From positions 1-24,000 of the forward strand of contig DASP01000011.1 in the NCBI GenBank assembly GCA_002503825.1: a stretch of 24,000 bases of DNA, read 5' to 3'. Position numbers and translations under genes: made by a program. Source of the DNA: Methanoregulaceae archaeon UBA467. GTDB taxonomy: Archaea > Halobacteriota > Methanomicrobia > Methanomicrobiales > Methanospirillaceae. Position 1 is the first letter of the stretch. Each line of letters opens with the position of its first letter. Shown in pieces: positions 9,320 to 17,849 of the stretch. The notes under the pieces were generated by a model. It was given only the letters and a program-made list of their open reading frames with translations, was not told where the DNA came from and ran no database searches.

Positions 9320-9404
9320 TTCCCAGGTATCCGGAAGACCCCTCAGCGGAGTTGTCACCGGAGGGAACTGCATGGTACCCTGCTTTTTCTGTAGACTCCC
9401 GGAA

Positions 9405-9429
9405 CCGTGATGCCGGGCTTGCATCACGG
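9405..9429. terminator. Perfect 9-bp stem / 7-nt loop hairpin in a convergent spacer, preceded by a T5 run (9384-9388)
   Basis: CCGTGATGC-cgggctt-GCATCACGG lies between the DUF447 gene (+) and hypE (-). An oligo-T run is the usual archaeal termination signal for the plus-strand operon. Confidence 0.4.
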
Positions 9430-9455
9430 GATATGAATCTGCGCCTGTTGTCTCT

Positions 9456-10451
9456 CTAGCAGACACGGGGTACGGGATCGCCGATCGGTGGCTCGATAAA
9501 CCGTTCCCCTCCGATCGTAGTCTCCATGATCACGTGTGACCCTTCCGTCACCACACCAATGATGGTTGCGTCCCTGCCGTAGGGATGGGACCTCAGTGCT
9601 TCAAGAACCGCCTGCGCATCCTTTTCCGGGACTCCCATGATGACTTTTCCCTCGTTCGCGACCTGGAGCGGGTCTATCCCGAGCATTTCCGATGCACTGC
9701 GGATGCTCCGCCTGACCGGCAGGGCCTCTTCTTTCACCCTTACCGAGACATGGCTTTTCCGGGCCATTTCATTGATTGCAGCGGCAAAACCGCCACGGGT
9801 AGGGTCTTTCATGGCATGGATCTCACCTGCAGCGAGTGCCTTCTCGACCAGTCCCCAGAGCGGTGCGACGTCCGACCGGATCTGCTCCCCGAGATCGAGG
9901 CCTGAACGCTCGGCCATGATAGCAATGCCGTGATCGCCAAGCGTCCCGGAGACAATAATCCGGTCGCCGGGCTGCAACCCGCAGTCCCTTACTACTTTTT
10001 CGGCGACACCGATCCCGGCGGTATTTATGATAATGCCGTCCAGCGATCCCTTCTCGATAACTTTCGTATCGCCGGTGACAAGGTTCGCCCCGCACTCGCC
10101 GAGGGCTTCGTCCATTGAACGGACGATCCGTTCGAGGTCGGCAACATCAAACCCTTCCTCTATGATCATGCCGCAGGAGAGTGCGACCGGCCTTCCGCCC
10201 ATCATTGCAAGGTCATTGACCGTCCCTGCAACAGCAATACGACCGATATCTCCGCCCGGGAAAAATATCGGCCGAACGACGTGCGAATCGGTCGTAAAAA
10301 CAATATTCTGACCGTTTAATGGAATTACTGCGCCATCATCGAGTGATTCAAGTCCAATCCCGCCGGCATTGTTATGGGTGAGCTTTGTAATAACCTCGAG
10401 GAGCTCACCCATCACCTCTCCGCCTGCACCATGCATCAGATTTACTTTCAT
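9456..10451 (-). CDS. hypE: [NiFe]-hydrogenase maturation protein HypE
   Basis: 331 aa with the AIR-synthase-like fold (GDTKV, DPTRGG). It ends in the diagnostic C-terminal PRVC. Confidence 0.9.
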   Translation of the reverse strand: MKVNLMHGAGGEVMGELLEVITKLTHNNAGGIGLESLDDGAVIPLNGQNIVFTTDSHVVRPIFFPGGDIGRIAVAGTVNDLAMMGGRPVALSCGMIIEEGFDVADLERIVRSMDEALGECGANLVTGDTKVIEKGSLDGIIINTAGIGVAEKVVRDCGLQPGDRIIVSGTLGDHGIAIMAERSGLDLGEQIRSDVAPLWGLVEKALAAGEIHAMKDPTRGGFAAAINEMARKSHVSVRVKEEALPVRRSIRSASEMLGIDPLQVANEGKVIMGVPEKDAQAVLEALRSHPYGRDATIIGVVTEGSHVIMETTIGGERFIEPPIGDPVPRVC

Positions 10452-10789
10452 TCGTCATCCACCTCAATTTCAATATTCGAGACGACCACTTCCCTTCCCC
10501 GGATGATTTCCGGGAGTGCCCCGCAGACCGGACATACAAACCGTTCGTTACCTTCGTATCCGCATTTGCAGCGGGAAACGGTTTTTACGACGTTACAGGC
10601 AAGTTTTGCCCCTTTGAGCAGTTCGTCGTCCTCGATCAGGGTTCCAAAAAGAAATTCGACCTGCTCCGGGTTGATCATCGACATTTCCCCGATATCGACA
10701 TCGACCCGGGTGACCTGGCGGGCATGATGGTCGAGTGCAGTCTTGCGGGCTGTGGCATAGATATCATACGCTATACTGAATTCGTGCAT
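10448..10789 (-). CDS. hypA: Hydrogenase nickel-insertion protein HypA
   Basis: It starts with the Ni-binding MHE motif (MHEFSIAYDI). The Zn site is CKC...CPVC. Its stop overlaps the hypE start (ATGA). The 21 upstream codons of the track ORF are not HypA-like. Confidence 0.85.
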   Translation of the reverse strand: MHEFSIAYDIYATARKTALDHHARQVTRVDVDIGEMSMINPEQVEFLFGTLIEDDELLKGAKLACNVVKTVSRCKCGYEGNERFVCPVCGALPEIIRGREVVVSNIEIEVDDE

Positions 10790-11048
10790 TGTCTGTTCTG
10801 CCCCACACATCTCTTGACGAGAATGACGCACATTCACCGGCATGTCAGGCACGGATCATAGGTGCACTCATTAAGAAATACTTCACAGATCTTGGAGCAC
10901 AATTGCCTTAAAATATTCCAAATTGACGAAAAAACCTGACCCCCACATCAGCTTCCGGAAGATGAGGAACGGTCGGAAAAACCGGGAAAATGTTCCGTAT
11001 TGTGATAGTTGATATAGATTGCAGGCTAAATTCTGTTAAAGCATTATT

Positions 11049-11702
11049 GTGTTTGCATTCATCGATTTTTTAATCCATATCGACCAGAATCTGCCGCTTG
11101 TCATCAGTTACTTCGGCATCTGGACATATGTTGTACTGTTCATAATCATTTTGCTGGAAACAGGTCTTGTCATCACCCCGTTTCTTCCCGGTGATTCGCT
11201 CCTTTTTGTAACGGGTGCTGCCGCTGCGGCAGGGATGCTCGATATATACTGGCTTATTGCGATTTTTATAACCGGGTCGGTAATTGGTGATACCATGAAT
11301 TACTGGATCGGGCATTACGTGGGGGTAAAGGTCCTTATGAACCGCTTCCCGGACCTGGTGAAAAAAGAGTATATCGATCGCACATACGGGTATTTTGAAA
11401 AATACGGTGGCAAAACAATTTTTATTGCACGGTTTATCCCTCTTGTCCGGACATTTGCCCCGTTTCTTGCAGGAGTCGGGCAGATGACATATAAAAAATT
11501 CCTGCTGTACAATGTCCTCGGCGCGGTAACATGGGTAGTTATAACGACCCTCGCAGGATATCTCCTCGGCTCCCACCCTGTCGTTTCACAGAACATCAAC
11601 ATTCTCATCTACGCCGTAATCGCAGTGACGCTGGTCACCGTCATCATCATACTGGCAGGAGTTGTAAGGGGTCTTCTGCACAGAAGGACTTCTTTAAAAT
11701 GA
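11049..11702 (+). CDS. DedA-family membrane protein (GTG start)
   Basis: 217 aa and multi-pass. LLETGLVITPFLPGDSLLF and RFIPLVRTFAPFLAG are DedA signatures. Confidence 0.8.
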   Translation: MFAFIDFLIHIDQNLPLVISYFGIWTYVVLFIIILLETGLVITPFLPGDSLLFVTGAAAAAGMLDIYWLIAIFITGSVIGDTMNYWIGHYVGVKVLMNRFPDLVKKEYIDRTYGYFEKYGGKTIFIARFIPLVRTFAPFLAGVGQMTYKKFLLYNVLGAVTWVVITTLAGYLLGSHPVVSQNINILIYAVIAVTLVTVIIILAGVVRGLLHRRTSLK

Positions 11703-11949
11703 ACGTTACGGGCGCTCCCGGGCAGGATCGCCGGATTGCCCGGTTGAGGGTCCCGTCCCGAAGGACAATTCCCGTGAGGGGAGTTTCCGGCAGTCCGTGA
11801 AGCGCCGGGGGATGATGAGGACCGGGTATTGCTGCAAAACCTGCAACCCCGTGAGTCCGGGAAGCGGCAGACGGAAGAAGGCTGACCCGGGTATTGTTGC
11901 GGACCCGGAAAAATCACGACAGGACTTGTTGAAACTCCTGCCCGGACTT
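11703..11949. other. GC-rich structured convergent spacer: candidate ncRNA of unknown class (strand undetermined)
   Basis: A 10-bp long-range helix pairs 11718-11727 with 11936-11945. Inside it are tetraloop hairpins at 11755-11766, 11769-11782 and 11787-11808. A 14-nt direct repeat occurs at 11822-11835 and 11887-11900. See the finding for this region. Confidence 0.3.
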
Positions 11950-12690
11950 TTACTGGTCTTCGCCGTCTTCGTATACTGAACACACTTCGCGCCTCTTTTT
12001 CCGCGCCCGCGATGTGCAGACTGCAATGGCAATCCCTGCGATAATGACCCCTGACGCGAGGAGAAGCCCGAGGATAAGGTTCTCTTTTAAGAGGTTTATG
12101 ATGTACTGCGCTCCGATGGCGACGGCAAAACTTCCGATGAATGCACCGAGGGTAATCGCGGCAACGACCTCGATCTTTGACATGCCAAGCACCCTTCCGA
12201 CAATCGATCCGCCCACGCCCCCGCTCCCCTGCAGCGGTACCATGACAAATATGACCAGCCCGGCAAAATAAAGTTCTTCGAGCCACGGGCGCTCGCAGAC
12301 GAATGCTCTCCCGTGGTGCATGAATTTCTCTATCCACCCGCCGACGATCGGGATCTTGAGTGCGAGATCAAAATTCCATGCCATAAACAGCCCTGAAAGG
12401 GCATCGAGGAGTGCGATTGAGATTGCAACAAGGTACCACGGGATACCAAGGGCGATGCCGAGAGGGATCATGCTCTCTTTCCCGGCGGGTGGAACAAAAT
12501 ATGCAAGCATTACCCCTCCAAGCAGGAGGAACTGCTCGTACGGAAGATACGCGAAAATAAATAAAATGTAGGCGGATACCAGCAGGAACGGGATGCAGAG
12601 CATGAGTGCCCGGTCAGCCAGCGGATTGATGAATACCTTTTGTTCACCGTCCCACCGGCCGGTTGATCCTGACTGAGTTGAAGACGCCAT
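11950..12690 (-). CDS. Polytopic membrane protein, possibly of the small multidrug-export family (COG2426-like)
   Basis: 246 aa with about 6 hydrophobic segments and the motif VPLQGSGGVGGSIVGRVLG. It has a basic C-terminal tail. The family assignment is tentative. Confidence 0.55.
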   Translation of the reverse strand: MASSTQSGSTGRWDGEQKVFINPLADRALMLCIPFLLVSAYILFIFAYLPYEQFLLLGGVMLAYFVPPAGKESMIPLGIALGIPWYLVAISIALLDALSGLFMAWNFDLALKIPIVGGWIEKFMHHGRAFVCERPWLEELYFAGLVIFVMVPLQGSGGVGGSIVGRVLGMSKIEVVAAITLGAFIGSFAVAIGAQYIINLLKENLILGLLLASGVIIAGIAIAVCTSRARKKRREVCSVYEDGEDQ

Positions 12691-12793
12691 CCAAAAAGTC
12701 CGTATATAGCCATTGTGGCTGATACGTCATTAATGGCGCAGTCAGGCCCGGTTTAACCGTTTAACCGGATCGCCGGGTGAAAAAAATGGGGTA

Positions 12794-13873
12794 TTAATCG
12801 CAGAAATGGGTGAGGACGAGCCCTTCATTGTCTATATGTGTTGCGATACTCAGGGAAAGTCCGATGCGGTCCAGGATGCCGCGTACCTCCTCTTCACCTT
12901 TCGCCGTGATCACTGCTATTGACGGGCCGACAGAACTCATCCCCACGAATTCAAGTCCTGCTTCGCGGAGCCTGCTCATGTAATGGTAAATTTCAAAACT
13001 GTGGTGTTCAACTTCCGCCCTTTTTGATCCCCGGAAATCAATTTCCCAGATAATTTCCCCCATACGTCCGAGGTCATCCTTCTCAAGCGCCGGGATGAGG
13101 TCCATCATGATAAGATACGCCTTGAGCTCGCGGTCCCGGTAGTCAAGGACACGCGCCTTGTTCATCAGGAGGTCAAATTCCTTTGTACCGGCAGACGAGA
13201 TGTCGCTTGGGGGAATGATGATAAAGACATTTTTTCCCGCGGCAAACCGGTGGTGACAGACGAGTGAGAGTTCATCTCCCATGATCGCCATCCCGCCGTG
13301 CATGCTTGCGGCAGGACCGACCCCAGTCTCAAAACCAAACGCAATATGGCCGTCGGCAGTCTCCTCAACGTAATTATATCCGATAAGTCTCCTGAGATCA
13401 TCGCCGTCCAGCGGTGATCCGACCGCATAATTCAGGGCATTTGCAAGGGCGATCATTATCGTACTTGTCGAGCCGAGTCCGACATGCTCGTGCTGGTGGT
13501 CCTGTGCCTTTATCTTAAACCCGCCCCGGTACCCGGTGACCGCTTTGAACACGTCCACAAAATGACGAATAAGGACCGGTCGTGAATATTCAATTTCACA
13601 CCCGTGCGTGGTGCATTCAACTTCAACGCTGCAGTACAGCTGGATGGCAAATCCGACACCTCCCCCACCGGGTCGTGCAGGTGAAAACCGGTTCATGTCA
13701 AGCACGGTGAGGTGGATCCGGGCAGGTGCCCGCACGGTCACACGTCCCTCGACAGGTGCGAGTGTGTAGTCCTTTAAAAGACCGATGGTCTTTATGTTCT
13801 GGCCGGGACAGAAGGTGTTGAACTCGTACTCTACAAGGTCGAGATCTCCACCGCGTATCTTCATGACAGGCAT
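12794..13873 (-). CDS. Beta-ribofuranosylaminobenzene 5'-phosphate (beta-RFAP) synthase, GHMP-kinase-like
   Basis: 359 aa. VRAPARIHLTVLDMN...GGGGVGFAI and HVGLGSTST match the beta-RFAP synthase branch of the GHMP superfamily. This enzyme catalyses the first committed step of methanopterin synthesis. Confidence 0.72.
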   Translation of the reverse strand: MPVMKIRGGDLDLVEYEFNTFCPGQNIKTIGLLKDYTLAPVEGRVTVRAPARIHLTVLDMNRFSPARPGGGGVGFAIQLYCSVEVECTTHGCEIEYSRPVLIRHFVDVFKAVTGYRGGFKIKAQDHQHEHVGLGSTSTIMIALANALNYAVGSPLDGDDLRRLIGYNYVEETADGHIAFGFETGVGPAASMHGGMAIMGDELSLVCHHRFAAGKNVFIIIPPSDISSAGTKEFDLLMNKARVLDYRDRELKAYLIMMDLIPALEKDDLGRMGEIIWEIDFRGSKRAEVEHHSFEIYHYMSRLREAGLEFVGMSSVGPSIAVITAKGEEEVRGILDRIGLSLSIATHIDNEGLVLTHFCD

Positions 13874-13894
13874 TGTGTATACTTCCGGTTTAGA

Positions 13895-14446
13895 TCATGA
13901 TCGATCAAAGAAAATATTTTTCCCTGATGCCTTCAGCGGTATTCCGAATGCGGCAGAACAGGGTATGAGTACACCAAGTGAGAGGGCGGCAACTCCTGCG
14001 CTGTACATGACCCTGTTGTCAAGATTGTGCAGCGAGGCGGTCTTCACTGCAGAGCCCGCGGCTATGCCGAGGTCGGCCATTTTTATCACGCAGTTCGGCC
14101 CGCTGAAGGGTGACGCAGTGTCTTTTCCGGAAGCGGAGTGGTCCTGCATCTCTGAACATGTTGGAAAACCGCACCCCCCGCAGTTGATGCCGACACCTTT
14201 CTGCCCGGCAATGCCGAGGAGGAGGCACCCGTCCGATGCAGCCACATTTTCAGCATCCCTGAGAAAAAAACCAAGTTTCATTGCGTTGCCAAGCCGGGTC
14301 ATCTCTGCGGCAAGAAGCCCGAGGTCTTCCCCGGTAACCCCGTTGATAACGAGGGAGTCAAGCCCCTTTCCCTTGGGTGCAGTCCGGGCGGATAGCGCCA
14401 TGAGCGACATGACCGTCCAGACCGAATCTTTTTCGGGATTTTTCAT
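13895..14446 (-). CDS. DUF2148-type ferredoxin-like domain protein
   Basis: 183 aa. It carries the motif [12 protein letters not shown] and a second Cys region (GPNCVIK). It lies 21 nt upstream of the beta-RFAP synthase gene on the same strand. Confidence 0.6.
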   Translation of the reverse strand: MKNPEKDSVWTVMSLMALSARTAPKGKGLDSLVINGVTGEDLGLLAAEMTRLGNAMKLGFFLRDAENVAASDGCLLLGIAGQKGVGINCGGCGFPTCSEMQDHSASGKDTASPFSGPNCVIKMADLGIAAGSAVKTASLHNLDNRVMYSAGVAALSLGVLIPCSAAFGIPLKASGKNIFFDRS

Positions 14447-14623
14447 AATAACAGAATGTTAGGGGACGGGAACCTGATATCTTCTTTGGAACACCGTGGT
14501 CCGGGATATTCTTCTTCGGATTTTCCAAAGCCGGGTAATGGCCGGACAGGAACAGTTATGGCGGATAGGCAGTATGAAATATATTCTGAACTTAACGGTA
14601 TCTTGAAATTCAGGAGAAATAGT

Positions 14624-14782
14624 ATGAAATCATACCAGTGTTCGATATGCGGGCATATTTACAACCCGGAAAAGGGCGAGCCCGAACAGGGAATCGCGGC
14701 AGGAACAGATTTTTCAGACCTCCCGTCCGACTGGACCTGCCCGGTATGCGGGGCATCGAAAGACAAATTCAATCCTGTGTGA
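14624..14782 (+). CDS. Rubredoxin
   Basis: 52 aa, [18 protein letters not shown]...[14 protein letters not shown], with two CxxCG knuckles. AGGAG lies 8 nt upstream. The track ORF's N-terminal extension is not supported. Confidence 0.9.
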   Translation: MKSYQCSICGHIYNPEKGEPEQGIAAGTDFSDLPSDWTCPVCGASKDKFNPV

Positions 14783-14794
14783 GGGTTGATCGAG

Positions 14795-15982
14795 ATGACT
14801 GTCCGGGAAATTGTACCTGATGTATACTGGGTAGGGGCCGTTGACTGGGACCGCAGGCTATTTGATGCGCTCATCCCTCTCCCGAACGGGACGAGCTATA
14901 ACTCGTACGTCGTAAAGGGGAGCGAGAAAACCGTGCTGGTTGACACGGTAGACCCGTCAAAGGAATTTGAATTTATATGCAACCTTGTAAAACTTGGGAT
15001 TGAAACGGTCGATTATATCGTTGTAAACCATGCAGAGCAGGACCATTCCGGCACGCTCCCGATGATACTCGAGTTATTCCCTGCAGCCAGTATCCTCTGC
15101 AGCGAAAAATGCAGGGACCTCCTCGTGAAAATGCTGGAAATCGATCCAGGCCGCTGCCGCGTGGTAAAAGACAGGGAGACCGTCTCGCTTGGCAATAAAA
15201 CGATTGAGTTCATCATGGCGCCATGGGTGCACTGGCCCGAGACGATGCTCTCGTATGTAAAAGAGGACCGGATTCTCTTCTCGTGCGATCTCTTCGGGTC
15301 CCATTTTGCCACCGGAGACCTTTTCGTATCAGATGAAAAAGCGATTTATATTGCGGCAAAGCGGTACTACGCTGAAATAATGATGCCGTTCCGGTCTACT
15401 ATCAAGGGGCACATGGACACGGTGGGGGCTCTTGATATCGGAATCATCGCCCCGAGTCACGGCCCTCTCCATACCTCCCCCGGGTTTATCCTGGATGCAT
15501 ACAGGGACTGGATTTCTGATGAGGTAAAAAATGAGGCGGTTATCTGTTATGTTTCAATGCACGGCAGTACACAGAAGATGGCCGAGTATCTTGCCGGTGC
15601 ACTGATCGAGCGCGGGATCTCGGTAAAACTGTACAATGTTATAGTGACTGATATCGGGGATCTCGCAATGGGACTTGTAGATGCGGCAACGATCGTGATC
15701 GGCTCCCCGACCGTCCTCTTCGGACCGCACCCGAAAATTGTGTATACTACCTACGTTGCGAATCTCATTCGTCCCAAGGCCCGTTTTGCATCCGTTATCG
15801 GCAGTTTCGGCTGGGGGGGAAAGACCGTCGACACCATTGCCGGGATGCTGACACATATCAAACCGGAACTCCTTGAACCGGTATATCACGCAGGAACCCC
15901 CGGGAACCAGACTCTGCAGGACCTCGACAGGCTGGCCGATGATATTGCACAAAAACACCGGGAAGCTGGTCTTTTCACCTGA
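14795..15982 (+). CDS. fprA: Flavodiiron protein, FprA family (F420H2 oxidase / O2-NO reductase type)
   Basis: It has a metallo-beta-lactamase-like domain with the di-iron motif HAEQDHSG and a C-terminal flavodoxin-like domain (YVSMHGSTQKMA). ATG 14795 is preferred over TTG 14786 because GAGGG lies about 10 nt upstream. Confidence 0.85.
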   Translation: MTVREIVPDVYWVGAVDWDRRLFDALIPLPNGTSYNSYVVKGSEKTVLVDTVDPSKEFEFICNLVKLGIETVDYIVVNHAEQDHSGTLPMILELFPAASILCSEKCRDLLVKMLEIDPGRCRVVKDRETVSLGNKTIEFIMAPWVHWPETMLSYVKEDRILFSCDLFGSHFATGDLFVSDEKAIYIAAKRYYAEIMMPFRSTIKGHMDTVGALDIGIIAPSHGPLHTSPGFILDAYRDWISDEVKNEAVICYVSMHGSTQKMAEYLAGALIERGISVKLYNVIVTDIGDLAMGLVDAATIVIGSPTVLFGPHPKIVYTTYVANLIRPKARFASVIGSFGWGGKTVDTIAGMLTHIKPELLEPVYHAGTPGNQTLQDLDRLADDIAQKHREAGLFT

Positions 15983-16180
15983 AAAATCCGGAAATATTTC
16001 AAATATTTTTTATAATTCATATTTCCCCGGGGACGTCCGCCGGTTTGGTTTATTCTTTCGGGAACATCCCCTGTTCTGTACCGGGTGACTGGCGGGTACG
16101 CGCGATAAAAAAATGGGAAAGTGTCCCGGCTTCATCATTATGTATCCCTGCGGTAGGTATGAGGGGGGGTCATGCGACCT

Positions 16181-16268
16181 GGTAATTATTTGGCGGCCCT
16201 GCGACAATAATAACGGGAATCCGACGGTAATTACCCCTTGTTTGCGGTCCTGCCAATATAGTCCCGGG
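16181..16268. repeat. Imperfect tandem direct repeat (about 45-bp period) upstream of the kinase gene
   Basis: GGTAATTA..TTTGGCGGCCCTGCGACAATA (from 16181) matches GGTAATTAccccttgTTTGCGGTCCTGCCAATATA (from 16226). Confidence 0.6.
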
Positions 16269-16296
16269 AGTGAGGAAAACCGCATTCAGGATGGAA

Positions 16297-16305
16297 TTTT
16301 ATATA
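16297..16305 (+). promoter_or_regulatory. Candidate TATA box for the receiver-PAS-kinase gene
   Basis: TTTTATATA lies about 41-49 nt upstream of the ATG at 16346. Confidence 0.4.
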
Positions 16306-16345
16306 GTGTCATCTCATATGATGATACATCCGGGGCCATTCAGGA

Positions 16346-17788
16346 ATGATTTCCATACTTCTGATCGATGACGAAGCAGGTCTGCTTGAGGTCGCACGGC
16401 TTTTTCTCGAACGTGACGGTGAGATCGAGGTGACCCCAGCCGAATCAGCGCAACAGGGTCTCGACCTTATGGTGGGGCACCGGTTCGATGCGATCGTATG
16501 CGATTATGATATGCCCGGAATGAGCGGTATTGATCTTTTAAAAACACTCCGTTCCCACGATAATATGATCCCGATCATCATTTTTACCGGCAAGGGAAAC
16601 GAGGACGTCGTTATCGAGGCATTAAACAACGGTGCTGATTTCTACCTGCAGAAAGGAGATGACCCGCGGCAGAAATTTGAGGAATTATATCAGCGTATCC
16701 ATGAAGCGGTCATACGACAACAGGCCCGGGAGATCATCGCCGGGAGTGAGAAAAAATACCGGGCCCTCATGGAATATGCGCCGATAGCAATTATGTCGAC
16801 CGACAGCTCGGGGCTCATCACCGATATGAATTCGATGCTTCTTGATCTCCTCGGTATCGGGCCTGGCGCAGAAGTGAAAAAAACAAATATCCTTACCTAT
16901 CCCCCCCTCGTCAAATCCGGAATATCTGCGGATTTTGAACATTGTCTTAATTATGGCGAGGGTGGCACGTTCGAGCATTATTACGTGAACAAGCGTGGGA
17001 AAAAGATTTACCTCCGGTACCGGATCAAGCCGGTCCGGGACACGGGTAAAAATATCACGGGGCTTCTTGCCGCCCTTGAAGACTTTACCGAATGGAAAGC
17101 GATGGAAGAGTCCCTCAAACAGGCGAATAAAAAATTAAGCCTCCTCTCGAGCGTTACCCGTCATGATATCATGAACCAGCTCACTATACTCATGGGAAGC
17201 CTGGAACTGATGAAAAATGACCGCATGGACGCGAGCATGCGCGATTACATCAGGAAGGAGGAGCTGGCGGCCGAACGCATCAAAAACCAGATACACTTCA
17301 ACAAGGATTACCAGGATATCGGAGTGCACTCCCCGGAATGGCAGAACCTGAAATCGACCATTAACAAGGCACTGATGACCATCAACCTCGGCAGGATAAG
17401 TTTAAAAATCGACCTCCCTGATATCGAGGTCTATGCGAACCCTCTCTTTGAGAAGGTATTTTTTAACCTTGTCAATAATTCGGCACGGTCAGGCGGTAAT
17501 GTATCCGCGATCACGATCTCTACCCGGCAGGACAAAGGTGGTAGCACCATACTGTACGAAGATGACGGAGCCGGTGTGGAAGAAGACGAAAAGGAGCTGA
17601 TATTTGAGAGGGAGTATGGAAAACTGATCGGTTACGGGCTGTTCGTGTCCCGCGAAATATTATCCATCACCGATATCACCATCAGGGAGACCGGTGAGCC
17701 GGATAAGGGAGTCCGTTTCGAGATTTTTATTCCTGAGGGCCGTTCCCGGAAGGTGCAGGGAAAGAAGAGATCGTCCCGCGTAACGTGA
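16346..17788 (+). CDS. Hybrid sensor: response-regulator receiver + PAS + histidine kinase
   Basis: 480 aa. The receiver has DAIVCDYDMPGMSG with the phospho-acceptor Asp. A PAS region follows, then the H-box SSVTRHDIMNQL and the HATPase N/G boxes (NLVNNSARSG, DDGAGV, GYGLF). Confidence 0.85.
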   Translation: MISILLIDDEAGLLEVARLFLERDGEIEVTPAESAQQGLDLMVGHRFDAIVCDYDMPGMSGIDLLKTLRSHDNMIPIIIFTGKGNEDVVIEALNNGADFYLQKGDDPRQKFEELYQRIHEAVIRQQAREIIAGSEKKYRALMEYAPIAIMSTDSSGLITDMNSMLLDLLGIGPGAEVKKTNILTYPPLVKSGISADFEHCLNYGEGGTFEHYYVNKRGKKIYLRYRIKPVRDTGKNITGLLAALEDFTEWKAMEESLKQANKKLSLLSSVTRHDIMNQLTILMGSLELMKNDRMDASMRDYIRKEELAAERIKNQIHFNKDYQDIGVHSPEWQNLKSTINKALMTINLGRISLKIDLPDIEVYANPLFEKVFFNLVNNSARSGGNVSAITISTRQDKGGSTILYEDDGAGVEEDEKELIFEREYGKLIGYGLFVSREILSITDITIRETGEPDKGVRFEIFIPEGRSRKVQGKKRSSRVT

Positions 17789-17849
17789 ACTGCGGCTGAA
17801 TAACCGGGGTTAATACCATTTTGTATTTTTCATACAGGAGCGCCAGGGC

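Noticed and set aside
11703-11960. SRP (7S) RNA or RNase P RNA in the convergent spacer
   Set aside because: GAGUCCGGGAAGCGGCAGACGG superficially resembles SRP helix 8 (..CCGGAAGG.AGCA..). The minus-strand AAAGUCCGGGC resembles the RNase P CR-I/P4 motif. However, the universally conserved helix-8 AGCA and GNAR-closing pairs do not fit. No ACAGAA-type RNase P CR-V is present. The closed domain (about 230 nt) is too short for either RNA in this lineage.
11609-12337. 242-aa Arg/Cys-rich minus-strand ORF
   Set aside because: Its composition is extremely Arg-rich and low in complexity. It overlaps the DedA 3' end, the spacer and the well-supported membrane protein gene in another frame.
13785-14462. 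225-aa plus-strand ORF
   Set aside because: It is antisense to the DUF2148 gene and the start of the beta-RFAP synthase gene. Its composition is Pro/Ser/Ala-rich with no motifs.
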